Part shown: in pieces, positions 47,990-61,714 of the stretch
How the letters are laid out: each line of letters opens with the position of its first letter
How positions within the stretch are numbered: position 1 is the first letter of the stretch
Assembly (NCBI GenBank): GCA_964016885.1
Contig: OZ024741.1
Coordinates: forward strand, 167,214,001-167,278,000
Origin: Eledone cirrhosa
Lineage: Eukaryota
Reading direction: 5' to 3'
DNA length: 64,000 bases
Position numbers and translations under genes: made by a program
Notes under the pieces: model-generated
Database searches by the model: none
Told to the model about the DNA's origin: nothing
Seen by the model: only the letters and a program-made list of their open reading frames with translations

Positions 47990-50031
47990 TGCATGCAATC
48001 ATAATTACATATATTAAATGTAACTTCAAGAGGATATCAAACAATGAGTTAGAAGCTTTCAAGTTAATTCCTAATGACTAATTACAGAGAATAGCTAATT
48101 ACATACATATCATTTATTAATTATATCCTTTTTTAACTTTAAAAACTGTTGTCAGTAATTCAGAAATCAAAAACTTAGAATAGGCTTAACTCTTTAGCAT
48201 TCACATTACTCTATATTTACTAGTATATTTTCATGGTAAATGCTTTACCTCACATAATATTGACTCTATAAGATTTTGATTTTTTTTTTTTAGGATAATA
48301 CCTTAACATCAGTATAAGTGGCTAGTTACAGCCGGTTTTAATCCTGGCCTGATATGGCCGGTTTAAATTACCATTTCTCTAACGATTTTTGAATCATTTT
48401 GAATATTATCAAGATTTTAGATGGATTTAATAATATAACTAACTTTCTAATTATTAAGCTACTATTTGGAATGTAACTTAAAGGTTTCAACATAAAATTA
48501 TGATTGGAGGTTTTTAGACAACTGAAAAACCCCTTTAGCATTTACATTACTCTATATACAATATTGTAAAGACTTTACCTCACATAATATCAAATCTATG
48601 AGATTTTGATATTATTTATTTTGAGAACAATACCTTAACATCAGTATGAGCAGCCGGTTTGAACAGAAAGTGGTGAGAGAATTCTGGTCAGATACAGCCA
48701 GTTTAAATGCTAAAGGGTTAAAATAAAGTGTTTTGTATTGTAGAACCAGGGTCAATGGCAGATGGTTTGGTATCAAAAGGGCTAAAACACATACACACAG
48801 CACACACACACACGTGAGTTGGTAAATGTATGTGTGCATGTGTCCATGTTTTTGTTTATGTCTCATACCTTACCAGTTTGACAAAAAGAGATCAACAAAA
48901 TAAATATCAGACTTGAAAACAAAGTCCTTTGATGGTTAACAGATCTACAGGCAGGATTTGAACTCATTGCTGACATGCAGTAAATCCTGGTGCCTGGTTT
49001 CTTAATTCTTAACATATGAAACCACCTTAGCAAGACATTCTTGAAAAATACAAAACAGCAATGTGTCCAGTTCTAGATTTACCATTGTGCATAGGTGTAC
49101 TTAACCACAGGGCCCCATTGGTCAGGGACGGGACCAATCTTCCTGCCAAAAAATATTTTATGATGAATTTTTCAAATGTTTAGGGCCTCATAACTTAACT
49201 AGCACAGGGCCCCATTTGTCCTAAATCTGGCACTGATTGTGTCTACATCACATTAAATATTAAAGACTTTAATTTAATACAGAACATTTTTACATTGACC
49301 TTCATTAGAAAGGATTACATTTGAATTAACAAACCACACAAAGCCACATTAGCAAGATATTCTTGAAAAATATAAAACAGCATTTTAGCTGCATCATGGT
49401 AAAAATTGAAGTCTTTAGTTTACAGCAAATTTTCACAACAATATGTCGACTAGTAAAGGTACTATAAACATTTTAATCAACAAACCTGTAGTTTTAGATA
49501 TGCTCTGCAAAGTCATTACAGGATGTTAAGAGTTAAAGTATTACAGTACCTAGTGCTCGGAGTAAAGTGGAGTAATTAAATTAAGTCCAATTTATTTAAT
49601 AATGCTAATGACCAATATACATCATCCCACACAACTTAACCGGCTTCTCTTTCTCTCTCACTCTCTCATGCTCCCTTTTGTCTTCCTCTACCATAATGTC
49701 CTAGCAATAGGAATCTCCCCCCAGCTACACACCTATTTCTCTCACACCTTGGCAATGCGACAGCCAATTGTTTTTGTTAGACTCATTGACAATGAATGAA
49801 TGGTCTGATCTGATCTTGAAATAAATACTGGAGCACTGGAGCAGAATAATTGAGGGACGTAGTGACAGTGTAGGGTGGTGGTGCTACAGCAGGGGTGCAG
49901 TCAAATGATTGAAACCAGTAAAAAGGCATATTATCAAAGAGAATACACATACACATATATATAAATACATGTATCTGTACATATATATTCCTATACATAT
50001 ATACAAATGTGTGCCTATGCGTATAGGCCTA

Positions 50032-50084
<53 letters not shown>

Positions 50085-50294
50085 AATTCGGGACCCCAAA
50101 GGCTGAGCTCCTGCCATTTCGACAGCTAGATCTGAGCGATCGGATCTAGCTGTTGAAACGGCAGGAGGTCAGCTGTCGGGGTGCTGAATTTTTCATATCA
50201 CCCACTCTACTACCCCAAGTATCGAGTACTCTATTGAGTAATTGTCTAACTAGTTTTTACCGCTTCCATTCTTATATATATATATATATATACA

Positions 50295-50438
50295 CCGGTA
50301 AAATTCCGCTATAACAAATTTTTTAGTATAGCGAAAATTTTTCTCTGGCCACATGCTTAATGAGTTAGGTTGATCTCGTTATATAGAATTTTTTGTTACA
50401 ACAAATTTTTTTTTATACCCATTATAACAGAATTTCAC

Positions 50439-50440
<2 letters not shown>
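50295..50440. mobile_element. pogo/Tigger-like MITE
   Basis: TIR CCGGTAAAATTCCGCTATAA / TTATAACAGAATTTCACTG within a TA/CA repeat. Confidence 0.65.
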
Positions 50441-50503
<63 letters not shown>

Positions 50504-50778
50504 ATAGGGATTGTATAAATATAAGTATATATACACCCGTAGAGCAAATATTTATTATTAGCACAGATTAAAAGTTTAAGCAAATAATTTCTGCTTTCAT
50601 CCTCAGCAAGATCATCTGATATATCAATCTGTGCACACAGAAGTAAAAAAAAATTGCTAAAATTGTAAAATGTATGGAAGGAGAATTACATCATTAGGTG
50701 AAACGGGAAGAACAAATTCTGGCTATATATATATATATATATTTACACGCACATACAAATATATATAAATGTGTATGC

Positions 50779-50809
<31 letters not shown>

Positions 50810-51224
50810 GTTCAACACTGTAAACGTGGTTGGTGTTAGGAAGGGCATCCAGCTGTAAAATAGCCAACCAAATTTAGTCATGACTCATCTAACCCATGCA
50901 AGTGTGGAAAAATTGACATTAAACAGAAATGATGATGAATGATGATGATATATATATATATATACGCTGTAATGTGGCCGTGTAGGTAACACGAATCCAC
51001 ACTGTAAACGTGGTTGGTGTTAGGAAGGGCATCCAGCCGTAGAAAACCTGCCAGACAGTCCTATACGAGCGAGACAACCAATCTTTCCTCAAGTCGGAAG
51101 ATAGATGTTAAACGATGATGATGATGATGACGATACACACACAGTATCATCATTTAACTTATATACATACATATATACATATACACATATATATTTATAC
51201 ACACACATATATATACATATATCT

Positions 51225-51750
51225 CAAATGATTGAAGGTTTATCCCTGGTAACTGCTACTCCCTGTGGTGTGTCCATACTGTAGGCGAAGCTAGAGTGTC
51301 TTCTCCAGGTGTATGGTGCAGGTTGTCTTGATGAGTGATGCATGGCGTGGTTGGATACAAGCCTGTGTGATGTGATTTGAAGGACAGAATGTTGCCCATG
51401 CAGCATGTGTCCCCAGTCCACAACACTGCTGGATACAAAGGAACAGCAAGGCTACTATAGTTTGGCAGCAGCGCTGTTGCAGGAGTTGCAAGAACGAAGT
51501 TGTAATCAAGGACGAACTGCCTTAGGAGCTCCTACTTTGGATTTTTCCACATGGTTTACTCCAGAAGCCTTCCTATGACTGGATAACACTGCAAGGCAGC
51601 AGAGGTTTCGATTCAGAGTTTTCCTTTTTCTAGGTGGACTAACTACCAAGGCTAACGACTTCCATCTGGCCCTATGTGGCAGGTAGTACTTGGTTACAAG
51701 GTAGTCAGAAGCAGGAAAATCCAGAGAAACCAGAAAAATGTGACATAGCT
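51225..51750 (-). mobile_element. Probable RTE-group LINE 5' UTR fragment
   Basis: Shares TCAGAGTTTTCCTT..CTAG..AAGGCTAA with 8328-8371; GC-richer than the flanks. Confidence 0.5.
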
Positions 51751-51818
51751 GTAACCCAGATAATACATATATATGCACATATATATCTACACACATATAA
51801 ATAAATACACATATATAA

Positions 51819-51855
<37 letters not shown>

Positions 51856-52724
51856 GACTCATGCATATCATCATAATCATCATCACCATTTAATGTTCAT
51901 TTTTTGATGGTAGTATGGATTAGACAAGTTGCCCCATTGTGAAACAAGCCAGGTCTGATGATCTTGTCTTGCTCATACAGGATTGGTTTGGGCTTGGCTT
52001 CTACAGCTGAAAGTTCTTCCTAACACCAACCACATTTACAGTGTGTGCTGGGTGCTATTTTGTCAGGGACACCTACACAACCATTTTTTAGAGTGTGGAA
52101 TGGGTGCTTTTTGTAATGATACCTATATGTGTGTGTGTATACATATATATACTGTAGATCTTCTTCGGACACAAATGACCCTGGGTTTGCACCTAGAAAG
52201 TTCCCCTCAGAGTTACAAGCCTGGGCAAGGTGTGTGTCTTGAAGACTCCCCTCTCCATGTCACCAATGTTGTCCAAGGGAAAGGCAATGGTCAATACACT
52301 TGGCACCAATGACGTTGCAACTCATTTCTACAGCTGAGTGAACTGGAGCAATGTGAAATAAAATATCTTGCTCAAGGACACAACACATCACCTGGTACAA
52401 GAATGGCACTCACAACTTCCTGAGTGCTAATCCAATACTAATACAATTATGAGCAACATATTTGCTGCTAAGTAGTCACTGAAAAGGTCACAGAATGTGT
52501 GATGAAAGAGATTTGATGACAATGAACAACTAAACAACCATCCAGTTATTAAACTAACTAACTCAGAAGTTATAATAATAAATTGAAGTGAAATCTAGCA
52601 GGTGTGTGTTTTTAATGGCAGCATGACCCTCCCAAAGTATAACAATATCTGTTTCAACACACATTTTCAGATAAAAAATCTTGCAAAATAAATACAAAAA
52701 CAAAGTATCTATATAGTTATATAT

Positions 52725-53479
52725 ACCAAGTAGTGAAAGTGATGGAAAAGAGTTATAGCACAACTAATTAGAGAAAGAATCAAATTAGATGAGATGCAGT
52801 TTGATTTCATGCCTGGAAAAAGTACTACAGATGCCCTCTTTTTAGTGTGGCAACTACAAAAGAAGTTACTAGTCATAAATAAGCCACTATATCTACCTTT
52901 CACTGACCTATAAAAAGCATTTGACAGAGTATCCCGATCTACTATCTGGTAGTCCTTAAGGAAATTAGGTATAGAAGAATGAGGGCAGTGCAAGGCGTGT
53001 ACAGAGGAGTTATCAGTAAAATGAGAGTAGGAAATGAGTTTAGTGGAATTCAAGTAGGAGTTCATCAAGGTTCAGTTCTTAGTCCACTACTATTCATCAT
53101 AGTCCTCCAAGCTTTAACAGAGGAGTTTAAGACGAGCTGCACATGGGAACTTCTCTGTGTACATCATCACGTCCTTATAGCTGAATCCATTGAAGACCTA
53201 AAAAATAAGTTCCAACTATGGAAACAGAATTTAGAATCCTAAGGCTTAAGAGTAAACTTAGCCAAAACTAAAGTGCTAGTAAGTAGGAAAGAAGACAGGA
53301 CCCTGATACCTTCAGGGAAGTGGCCCTGCTCAATATGTAGAAAGAGAGTAGGCATAAACTCCATACGATGTACATAATGTAAATCTTGGGCACACAAGAT
53401 ATGTAGTTGTATATTGAGTAAGCTAACAGGAAGGGAAGACTTTGTTTATAGAGGATGCATAGGAGTAACCTAGGGGATT

Positions 53480-53480
<1 letters not shown>
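52725..53480 (+). mobile_element. Degenerate RTE family A RT fragment
   Basis: [25 protein letters not shown]; PHD remnant. Confidence 0.9.
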
Positions 53481-53510
<30 letters not shown>

Positions 53511-53570
53511 CGATGTATTGACAGAGTGGAACACACTTCAAGAACATGTGTACCTGTCTTTTCCACACCA

Positions 53571-53635
53571 ATTCGGACTGCCTGAAGAGGTCACAGCCAA
53601 TAATAGCTGTCACCGAAATATATATAACAGAGAAT
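53571..53635 (+). ncRNA. Minimal type I hammerhead ribozyme
   Basis: CTGC-CTGAAGA-GGTCACAGC/GCTGTCACC-GAAA-T-ATAT-A-TA-ACAG; core intact, first stem I pair mismatched. Confidence 0.72.
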
Positions 53636-54666
53636 TTATAATTTATAATAAACAAAGCCAAATATATATGAAAAGAATCAAGACCCCGATGGCTGAGCTC
53701 CTGATTCTTTTCTTATTACCCACTCTACTACCCCAAGTATGGAGTACTCTGGTTGGTTATGGTTTTTACCACACACTATCCGATATATATATATATATGG
53801 GTCCCACCCTGGCAAGCAGGGAAAAGTGGACGTAAAATGAAATGATGATGAATGATGATATACCTTCATTTTTTAACTATATATCATATATATATATATA
53901 TTATATATAGTTAAAAAATGAAGGTGAAAATGCGCAGAAGTATATTTAAAGATCATTTTTCTTTAATCTGACAGAATGAATATAATATTATAATTGTTGC
54001 ATTAAATATAACTAGTTTTGGATTGGCATAACAATCTTATCAAATATTAAATATCAAACATTTAAGAAATGTTTTTCATATATTCTGTGAGCAGTTTGAA
54101 TATATGTGAAGTTTCTGTCAAAATTTCTTCTTATATATATAAGTTCTTTATGAAGGTGTGGTGGTGACGGCGGAAATGATGTTCAACAAGTCAAGATTCA
54201 ATTGAATTCACTTGGTTAAAATTAGGAAATGTTATTACCATTCATATTAATGGTCCAGATGACATTTTTGAAGTTTGTATGTTTTATATGGATATCGATA
54301 TGGGGTTCGGTTGTGTGGAAAGGTCAGTTTGGGTTTTGTGAAAGGAACTGAAAAAGTTAGGAGTGGATATATAGTTTTTTTCTTTTGTCTCGTTTTATTT
54401 GTGTGTGTGCACACACCCCTTGTATCAATAGAACAAAATTAATTTTAGGTGGTTGGCAGTAGAAACCAAGCCAAAATCTGCCCCGGGTGAGCTAAACAAG
54501 GGTCAATCTGTCCTACTCATGAATGATGGACGCGAATCGACGAGGTTGATGATATATTTATGTGTGTATATATATTAAGTGTGTATGTATATGTATGATA
54601 TGTGTATGTATATTACATATATGGTATATGAATATGCATGTAAATATAAATTATCATGATATGTGC

Positions 54667-54708
<42 letters not shown>

Positions 54709-55403
54709 ATTATGCTGGTACCACAAAACACCCAGCCCACACTGTAAAGTGGTTGTGAAGGTGTCATGACAAAAAGCACCCAGCACACACTGTCAATGTA
54801 GTTGGCATTAGGAAGGGCATCTGGCTGTAGAAAACCAGCCAGAAACACTCCTATATGAGTGAGGACCAGTCACCCGACCCAACTTGCCTCTAAATGGTAC
54901 AAACCTGTCTAACCCATGCTAGTGTGGAAGATATTTGCAGAAGAGAAAAAAATAATAATAATAAATAAATAAATAGATAAATAAAATAAAATAAAATAAA
55001 ATAATGAAAATAAGAATATAAAAAGAAATGAAAATAAGAATTAAAAAAAGGGGGTGAAAGAGAGAAGAGAAAGAGAGAAAGGAGTGAGGAAAGGAAGGAA
55101 AAAGGTCTTTAGTAGAGGTTTCTTTGTAGTTATGGTTTTTTCCTTTTATATTGTGATGTGTGTGTGGTTGCAAGTGTTTCCATACAGGTGTGTGTAAACT
55201 GGTTATTCCCATCCATAGATCACTATTTATTCTCTAATGGGGAACAATTACATATTTAATTGTGGTTTGTATTTGTTAATGAATTGTTTTTCCCTATTTA
55301 TTCTCTGTTGTTGAGTGAAAGAGTCTGAACATTTGTAGAGTGGCAACATTTTAAAGTTACGTATGTCTAATCCTATACATATACATATAGATATATATGT
55401 GTG

Positions 55404-55439
<36 letters not shown>

Positions 55440-55441
<2 letters not shown>

Positions 55442-55842
55442 AAGATAAAGCACTGGTACCACCAAGGAATAGACCTTGTACAATATGTAGAAAAGGAGTA
55501 TGTATAAACTCTATATGATGTACACAATGCAAATATTGGATACAGAAGTGGTGTAGTGGGATAACAGGCAGACTAACAGGAAAGGAAGACTATGTATGGA
55601 GTATCTGTTCAAGGTCAATTCAGAGTAAGAAAAAGTGCCAGGAATAATAATAATAAAAAATAATATAAACCTTTTCCAATCCCACAAAGGATCCATAGAA
55701 ATGGTTGATAGCTTCTGCTAACTAGGTGATATAATTAGCAGTGGAGGGGGGTGCTCTGAGTGTATAATAGTTAGAATAAGGATAGGATGGAAGAAGTCTC
55801 GGGAACCTCCACCTCTGTTGACAACAAAAGGTTTCTCTTTAA
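55440..55842 (+). mobile_element. Degenerate RTE family A fragment
   Basis: PHD remnant and [18 protein letters not shown]. Confidence 0.85.
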
Positions 55843-56076
55843 TATGGATGGTTTTGTTTCATAGAACCAGAGTTGGTTTTGGTTGGGTTGATAGCAAAAT
55901 GGTTAAAGGTAGCAAAGAACGAAAATGTAAAAAAAGAAAAGCTATATAAATAAAATAACAATATAGGAATCAACAATAACAAGAATAAAGCATAAAAAAT
56001 AAATAAATAAAATAAGAGTATTTTCTCCTGAGTAGAGCAAAAAAAAAAAAAAAAAAAAAAAAAAACAACTGGTTAC

Positions 56077-56109
56077 CTCGGTCTCCCTCTTTGGATTAGG
56101 GTCTGCCAT
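56077..56109 (-). CDS. Candidate initial coding exon (MADPNPKRETE)
   Basis: AAATGG start context, donor GAG|GTAACC, phase 0, locally CpG-richer unique sequence. Confidence 0.25.
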
Positions 56110-58611
56110 TTCCTTCGAAGGAATTTTTATAGGTCCCCTATTATTATTATCTCTTCTTTGATACCTTTGTCGAGAATCAGAAGTTATTTCGCAACCACTA
56201 ATGTGGCGTCGTATAAATTCCATCGTCAGAAAAGAAACGGGATGGGGATAGAAAAAAAAGGGAGGGCGTAGTGGTGGTTAAGAATCTCTTGGAACATTCA
56301 GTGAGGAGGATGGTGATGGTGGTGGTAGCAACGAAATATGACCTATCATGGTCTAATCCAACAGTTATTATGAGTAACCAGGGAGGCAGTACTCACATTC
56401 AGTGGATATTCCTCTCCCAGTCAGGTTGAAACAGCAGAGATTCCAAGGTGATGCAATGATAGAATCCCTCAAGGATGGGTAACCACAACAGAAACAGTAT
56501 TTTGTCCCTGTCAGATTGAAATAAATAGAGCAAGTTGAAGTGATGCTGTGGTAGACAACCTCAAGGATGGTAGCCACAACATCTGAAGAAACTTCTCCCT
56601 GTCACATGAAAATAAATGCAGAAATTCCCCAGAGGTGATACTATGGTAGAAATCCCTCCTCAAAGATGGTAGCAACCACAACAGCAGAAACAATAGTAGT
56701 GTCTTATTGTTTCTTGCTTTCCTCCACTTGGTGCCAGATGGAAGGACTAAGTTCTTCCGCTTATGTAAAGAAACAACTTCAGCTGAGCTAAAATATAGGA
56801 GTGCGTGTGAAAATACTATTAGCTGGAATACAGATTAAGGTAACCTCAGCTTAGAAATTCCATGAAAAGGCAGGTACACCTGTAGGAATAGAAAAGATGA
56901 TACTGCTACAACCACTTTAGAATATGCAGTATCAAGAAAGCAAGTGACGTCCAGTATTTTATTTGTCTCCATAATCCAATGGGATTGGTTGTATTGTATC
57001 AAAAAACAACAACAATGACAATGGTCATATAAACAAAATATCAGCAGCAGCACTAATGAGGAATGTTTAATCCTTTCATGACCATATTCTCATGAAATAC
57101 ATTGAAAATAATCAAGAATTTTGAGGATTTTAGTAAAATAACATTTTCATTATGCCAGTGTTAAGATGACAACAAATTTCTTATATAAAATTATGATGGA
57201 AGGTTTTAATTTTAGATATGAACACTTTAAAATAAACTATTTTATTTATGGAATATATCATGTAAATACAGTTTAATAGAAAAAAAAAAAAAGAAATTTT
57301 AGATTGAGAAGAATGGAATGTAAAATAGGAAAATATAAAGAAAAAAGAAAAAGAAAAAACGGAAAGGGGAGGGAATGGAAAGGACTCTAGTGTCACAGAA
57401 GAATGGGGAAGGAGGAGGAGGATTTAGCACTGGGCCTAGGGCACAGTAGTAGAGGGGCTGTGTCCCGCAGACAAAGACTGCAAATTGTTATTGAAAGGGT
57501 TAAGAGACAAAAATTGATCAGCAAATGTGTTTCATAGACTAAATGTAAAATAAAACAAAGTGGTCATATATGATTGATCAGTTGGTACTTGTTAGCTGCT
57601 TTGTATTAATAGGCAGTATAAAGTTTTTTATACATTTTAGAGAAACATGAGAATGATGTTGGAAGGTGATGTATGACATTTTAGCAGCATGTTTAAGTTG
57701 CTGTATTCTTTAGACTGGTTGAAAATGTTTACCCTAACAGACATATATTTAACTAACTGTGAAATTGTGTTGCATAATGTTGCATTGAGTGGTTGTGTAT
57801 GTCAGTAAGATGTGGGCCTCCAGCCCATCATAAAGGTCGGTAGCTCAGACTAAGTAATGACTTAGTCTGTGACAACCTATCCAACCCTTCTTAACAGGGA
57901 GAACTAACGTTAAATGATGATGATGATACACAAGAAAGGGCAGAAGAACTGAGTGGATTACGGTGAAAGCTTCTTAAGTAAAGTGTTTATCATTAATTTA
58001 TTATTAATCTTTACATGTTGTGTTATACAGAATAGTGTGCAGTGTTATATACAGTGTTGTGAGGTTGTGTCTTGTAAATTGTGTCATGAAGGTTTAATGG
58101 ATAGAGTGCTTAGAAAGTAGGTACTTAGGAAGAGCAGAGATAAAACAAGATGGCCAGATAATTAAATTCTACCTTTTTAATTGAAGAAAACAAAGAATGA
58201 TTTACATACAAACAAAATTGATGCATACAAATTCTCCAGTTTGATTAATCTTATATACAAATGTGTGTGTGTGTGTGGATATATATATATATTCATATAT
58301 GCATGTATGTATGTGTGTGTGTATGTGAGAATGTGTGTGTGTGTAACAAAATATCCAACAAATAATACTCTCCTGCCCGTGTGAAATATAAGGGGGCGTA
58401 ACTCTGCTTAGTCCTAGTTAAAGCACGGCACAGAAAAAATATATAAACAATATTTCTGTTTCAATTCTTTTGATTCTTCTTTTTTTATGTTTTGATATAT
58501 TTTTCTTTCTTTTCTATTCCTTATTTCAGACGATATAGAAATCCACTTCATAAAAATTATCAATAAATAAAAGCACGCACATATATAGGTATACATATAT
58601 ATGCAACACGT

Positions 58612-58645
<34 letters not shown>

Positions 58646-59699
58646 GATGCACAATTCGATTCCCTCAAGTGGTTCAGTAGCCTCTTTTCCGTCTCCAGGG
58701 GTATTTTACCCGACTTATTTAGACTCATTTATATTTCATCTGCATTGGAGCAGCTTTTGAATTAAAAAAGCAAAGTATTATATATGCATGTATGTGCGTG
58801 AGTGTGTGCATAAGTGCGAGTGAGTGCGTGTACGTGTGTGCGAATTTGTGTAAGGTATGTAAATCACCTCAAGAAATATAATTTTCAACACTTAATGGTT
58901 ATTATTGTTTGCTATCTTTTGCAGCTATTGTTGTTGTTGTTGGTGGTGGTGCCGGTGTTGACGCTGAGTGGCTTCTCTCTATATATATACGTCAGATGCT
59001 TGGCCACCGGCTGAGTATGACTAGTTACAGTTGTTACCTTGATGCCACAGGTTGGTTGCAAAGCAGGGTCGACTCAACAGGGCATTGGCTTTTCTTCAAC
59101 AACAACAACAACAACAACAACAACTACTACTACTACTACTACCACTACATGTGTGTGTGTGTTTGTATAGTATAGAGGATTATATAGACAATAGAAGGTA
59201 CTACTAACAATGTTTTCTTGTGTGATTGTGGGGAGTGTAGATGAGAGAGAGAGAGAGTATCAGAAGAACAGAACAACAAAACAGAATCGTTTATTTGAAG
59301 TAATTGTTCCAAGATCAATTAAACAGACAATGCAGATGGTGACTAACATTTAACTCCCAACACACACACACATAGGTATAGCAGCTTACACTTAGATAGA
59401 AACTTCTCTTATAGTTGTCTCACTAACAGGGTATCAGTGGTACTTCCTGGCACAAAGCCTAACTGCATCTCATCTAATTTCACTCTTTTCCTAATGAGCT
59501 TTCCTAACACTTTTTCTATCTCTATATTATCATCAACATCATCATCGTTTTTACGTTCACATTTCCATGTCCGAGTAGTTTGGACTGGATGGTTTGAGAC
59601 AGTTTCAGATCCTGATGCCTTTTTTTTATGCCAACCTTTTTAGTTGCCCTTTATGGCATGCAGGGAAATGGTGTACCTATTTTAAAAACCAGGATACAT

Positions 59700-60213
<514 letters not shown>

Positions 60214-60282
60214 ATATATATATATATATATATATATACCATGTATCTCTCACACATATATATATATATATATATAATTCAA

Positions 60283-61328
60283 TAATGACTTGGGCTTTGG
60301 TGTTGGGGTAGAGCAGTGATATCAGGTCCACTATCTTCTTGGGGATTCCATAAGCCTGTAAGATCTTCATTAGGCAGTGATCTGATGGGATAACAGAGTT
60401 CTTTGAGATACTGGCTGGAGTGCTCCAGGAAGATACATTGGCTCCCTACCTCTTTATCATCGTGGTGGACTGTTGTGTGCGCCTTGCGCTGGGGAAACAC
60501 CAGCACTCTGGGTTTACTGTGGCACCGGCTCGGAGCAGGAGAGTTAGGGCGAAAAAGATGTCGGATGCTGAATTTGCCGACGATGTAGTTTTGGTGACAG
60601 GCAGGGGGTTTGATGCGGGGGGTTGAGACTGTGTCGGTGAGTGTGGGGCTGAGAATGAATGAGACTGGGGCAGGATGTCTGGTGGGGAGTGTTGAGAGGC
60701 CGGGGGAGGGGGATCGCTGATGTGGGCGGGAGGCCGCTAGAGTTGGTTGAGGACTTCCTATGTTTGGGAGCAGGGGTTGGGAGTGTGGGGGATGATGTGG
60801 TTGAGGCGAAGAGCGGGGCCTGGGCGGCGTGCCACAGCTTGGGATCGGTGTGGAAGTCGGACCTTCGTGGAGACCTGAGGGTCCGCCTCTTCATTGCTGT
60901 GGTGGAGTCTGTGCTGCTGTGCGGGTCTGGGGCTTGGACACTGACCGGAAGGCTCACTCGGATGGTGCATGGGTGCTGCACGGGGGTGCTGAGGATGGCT
61001 CTGACCATTGATCAGTATACACTGAGGATGAAAGGCTCGGAGCTGTATAGGAGCCTCCTGGGGGTCAGCTCAGAAGTGTCACAGAGGAGACTGGGGTTGG
61101 CTGGGCGTGCTTGCCGGCATCTAGAGTTGGCATTGCGCTCGGTGCTCCTGTGGGAGCCCCTGCGTGAAGCACAGGGGGAGGAGGACCAAGGTTGACGTAT
61201 GTGTGATGCCCTGGGGGCAGACACTGGTCTGTTGGAGACGCAGGACATGGCAGCGATGGTGGGGGGCAGGGACCGCTGGAGTGAACTCGTCCATGGATCT
61301 CGGGAATTTTACCCATCCTAGATAGATA
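60283..61328 (+). mobile_element. LINE family B 3' copy, 5'-inverted and A-to-G hypermutated
   Basis: Aligns to 4581-5598; (TAGA)n tail; TSD ATAATTCA(A/G)TAA. Confidence 0.95.
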
Positions 61329-61570
61329 ATTCAGTAAGCCGAACGAAGGATTAGTATTATTATTATTTATTTATATGATGGATTGGCTGTATCAGTAGAG
61401 AGTCGGACGCCATGCTTTGCAACATAGAGTTACGGCCCTTTACAGTATGAGTTCAAATCCCACCGAGGTTAACCTTGCCTTTCATCCTTACGGGGCGGGG
61501 TCGATAAAATAAAGTACCCAGATGTTATCATCTTACCAAAGAAAATAGTGAACAATTACACCATAACCTC

Positions 61571-61614
<44 letters not shown>

Positions 61615-61653
61615 ATATTAAATAAATGGAAACTATATTTATAAAACCATATT

Positions 61654-61714
61654 TATTCTATTATATATATTTCAAGGGTACCAAAATTTTGGTACACTCT
61701 CATCAGATAAAATA
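61654..61714 (-). ncRNA. Minimal type I hammerhead ribozyme
   Basis: Minus strand: TATTTTAT-CTGATGA-GAGTGTACCAA/TTGGTACCCTT-GAAA-T-ATAT-A-TA-ATAGAATA. Confidence 0.88.
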
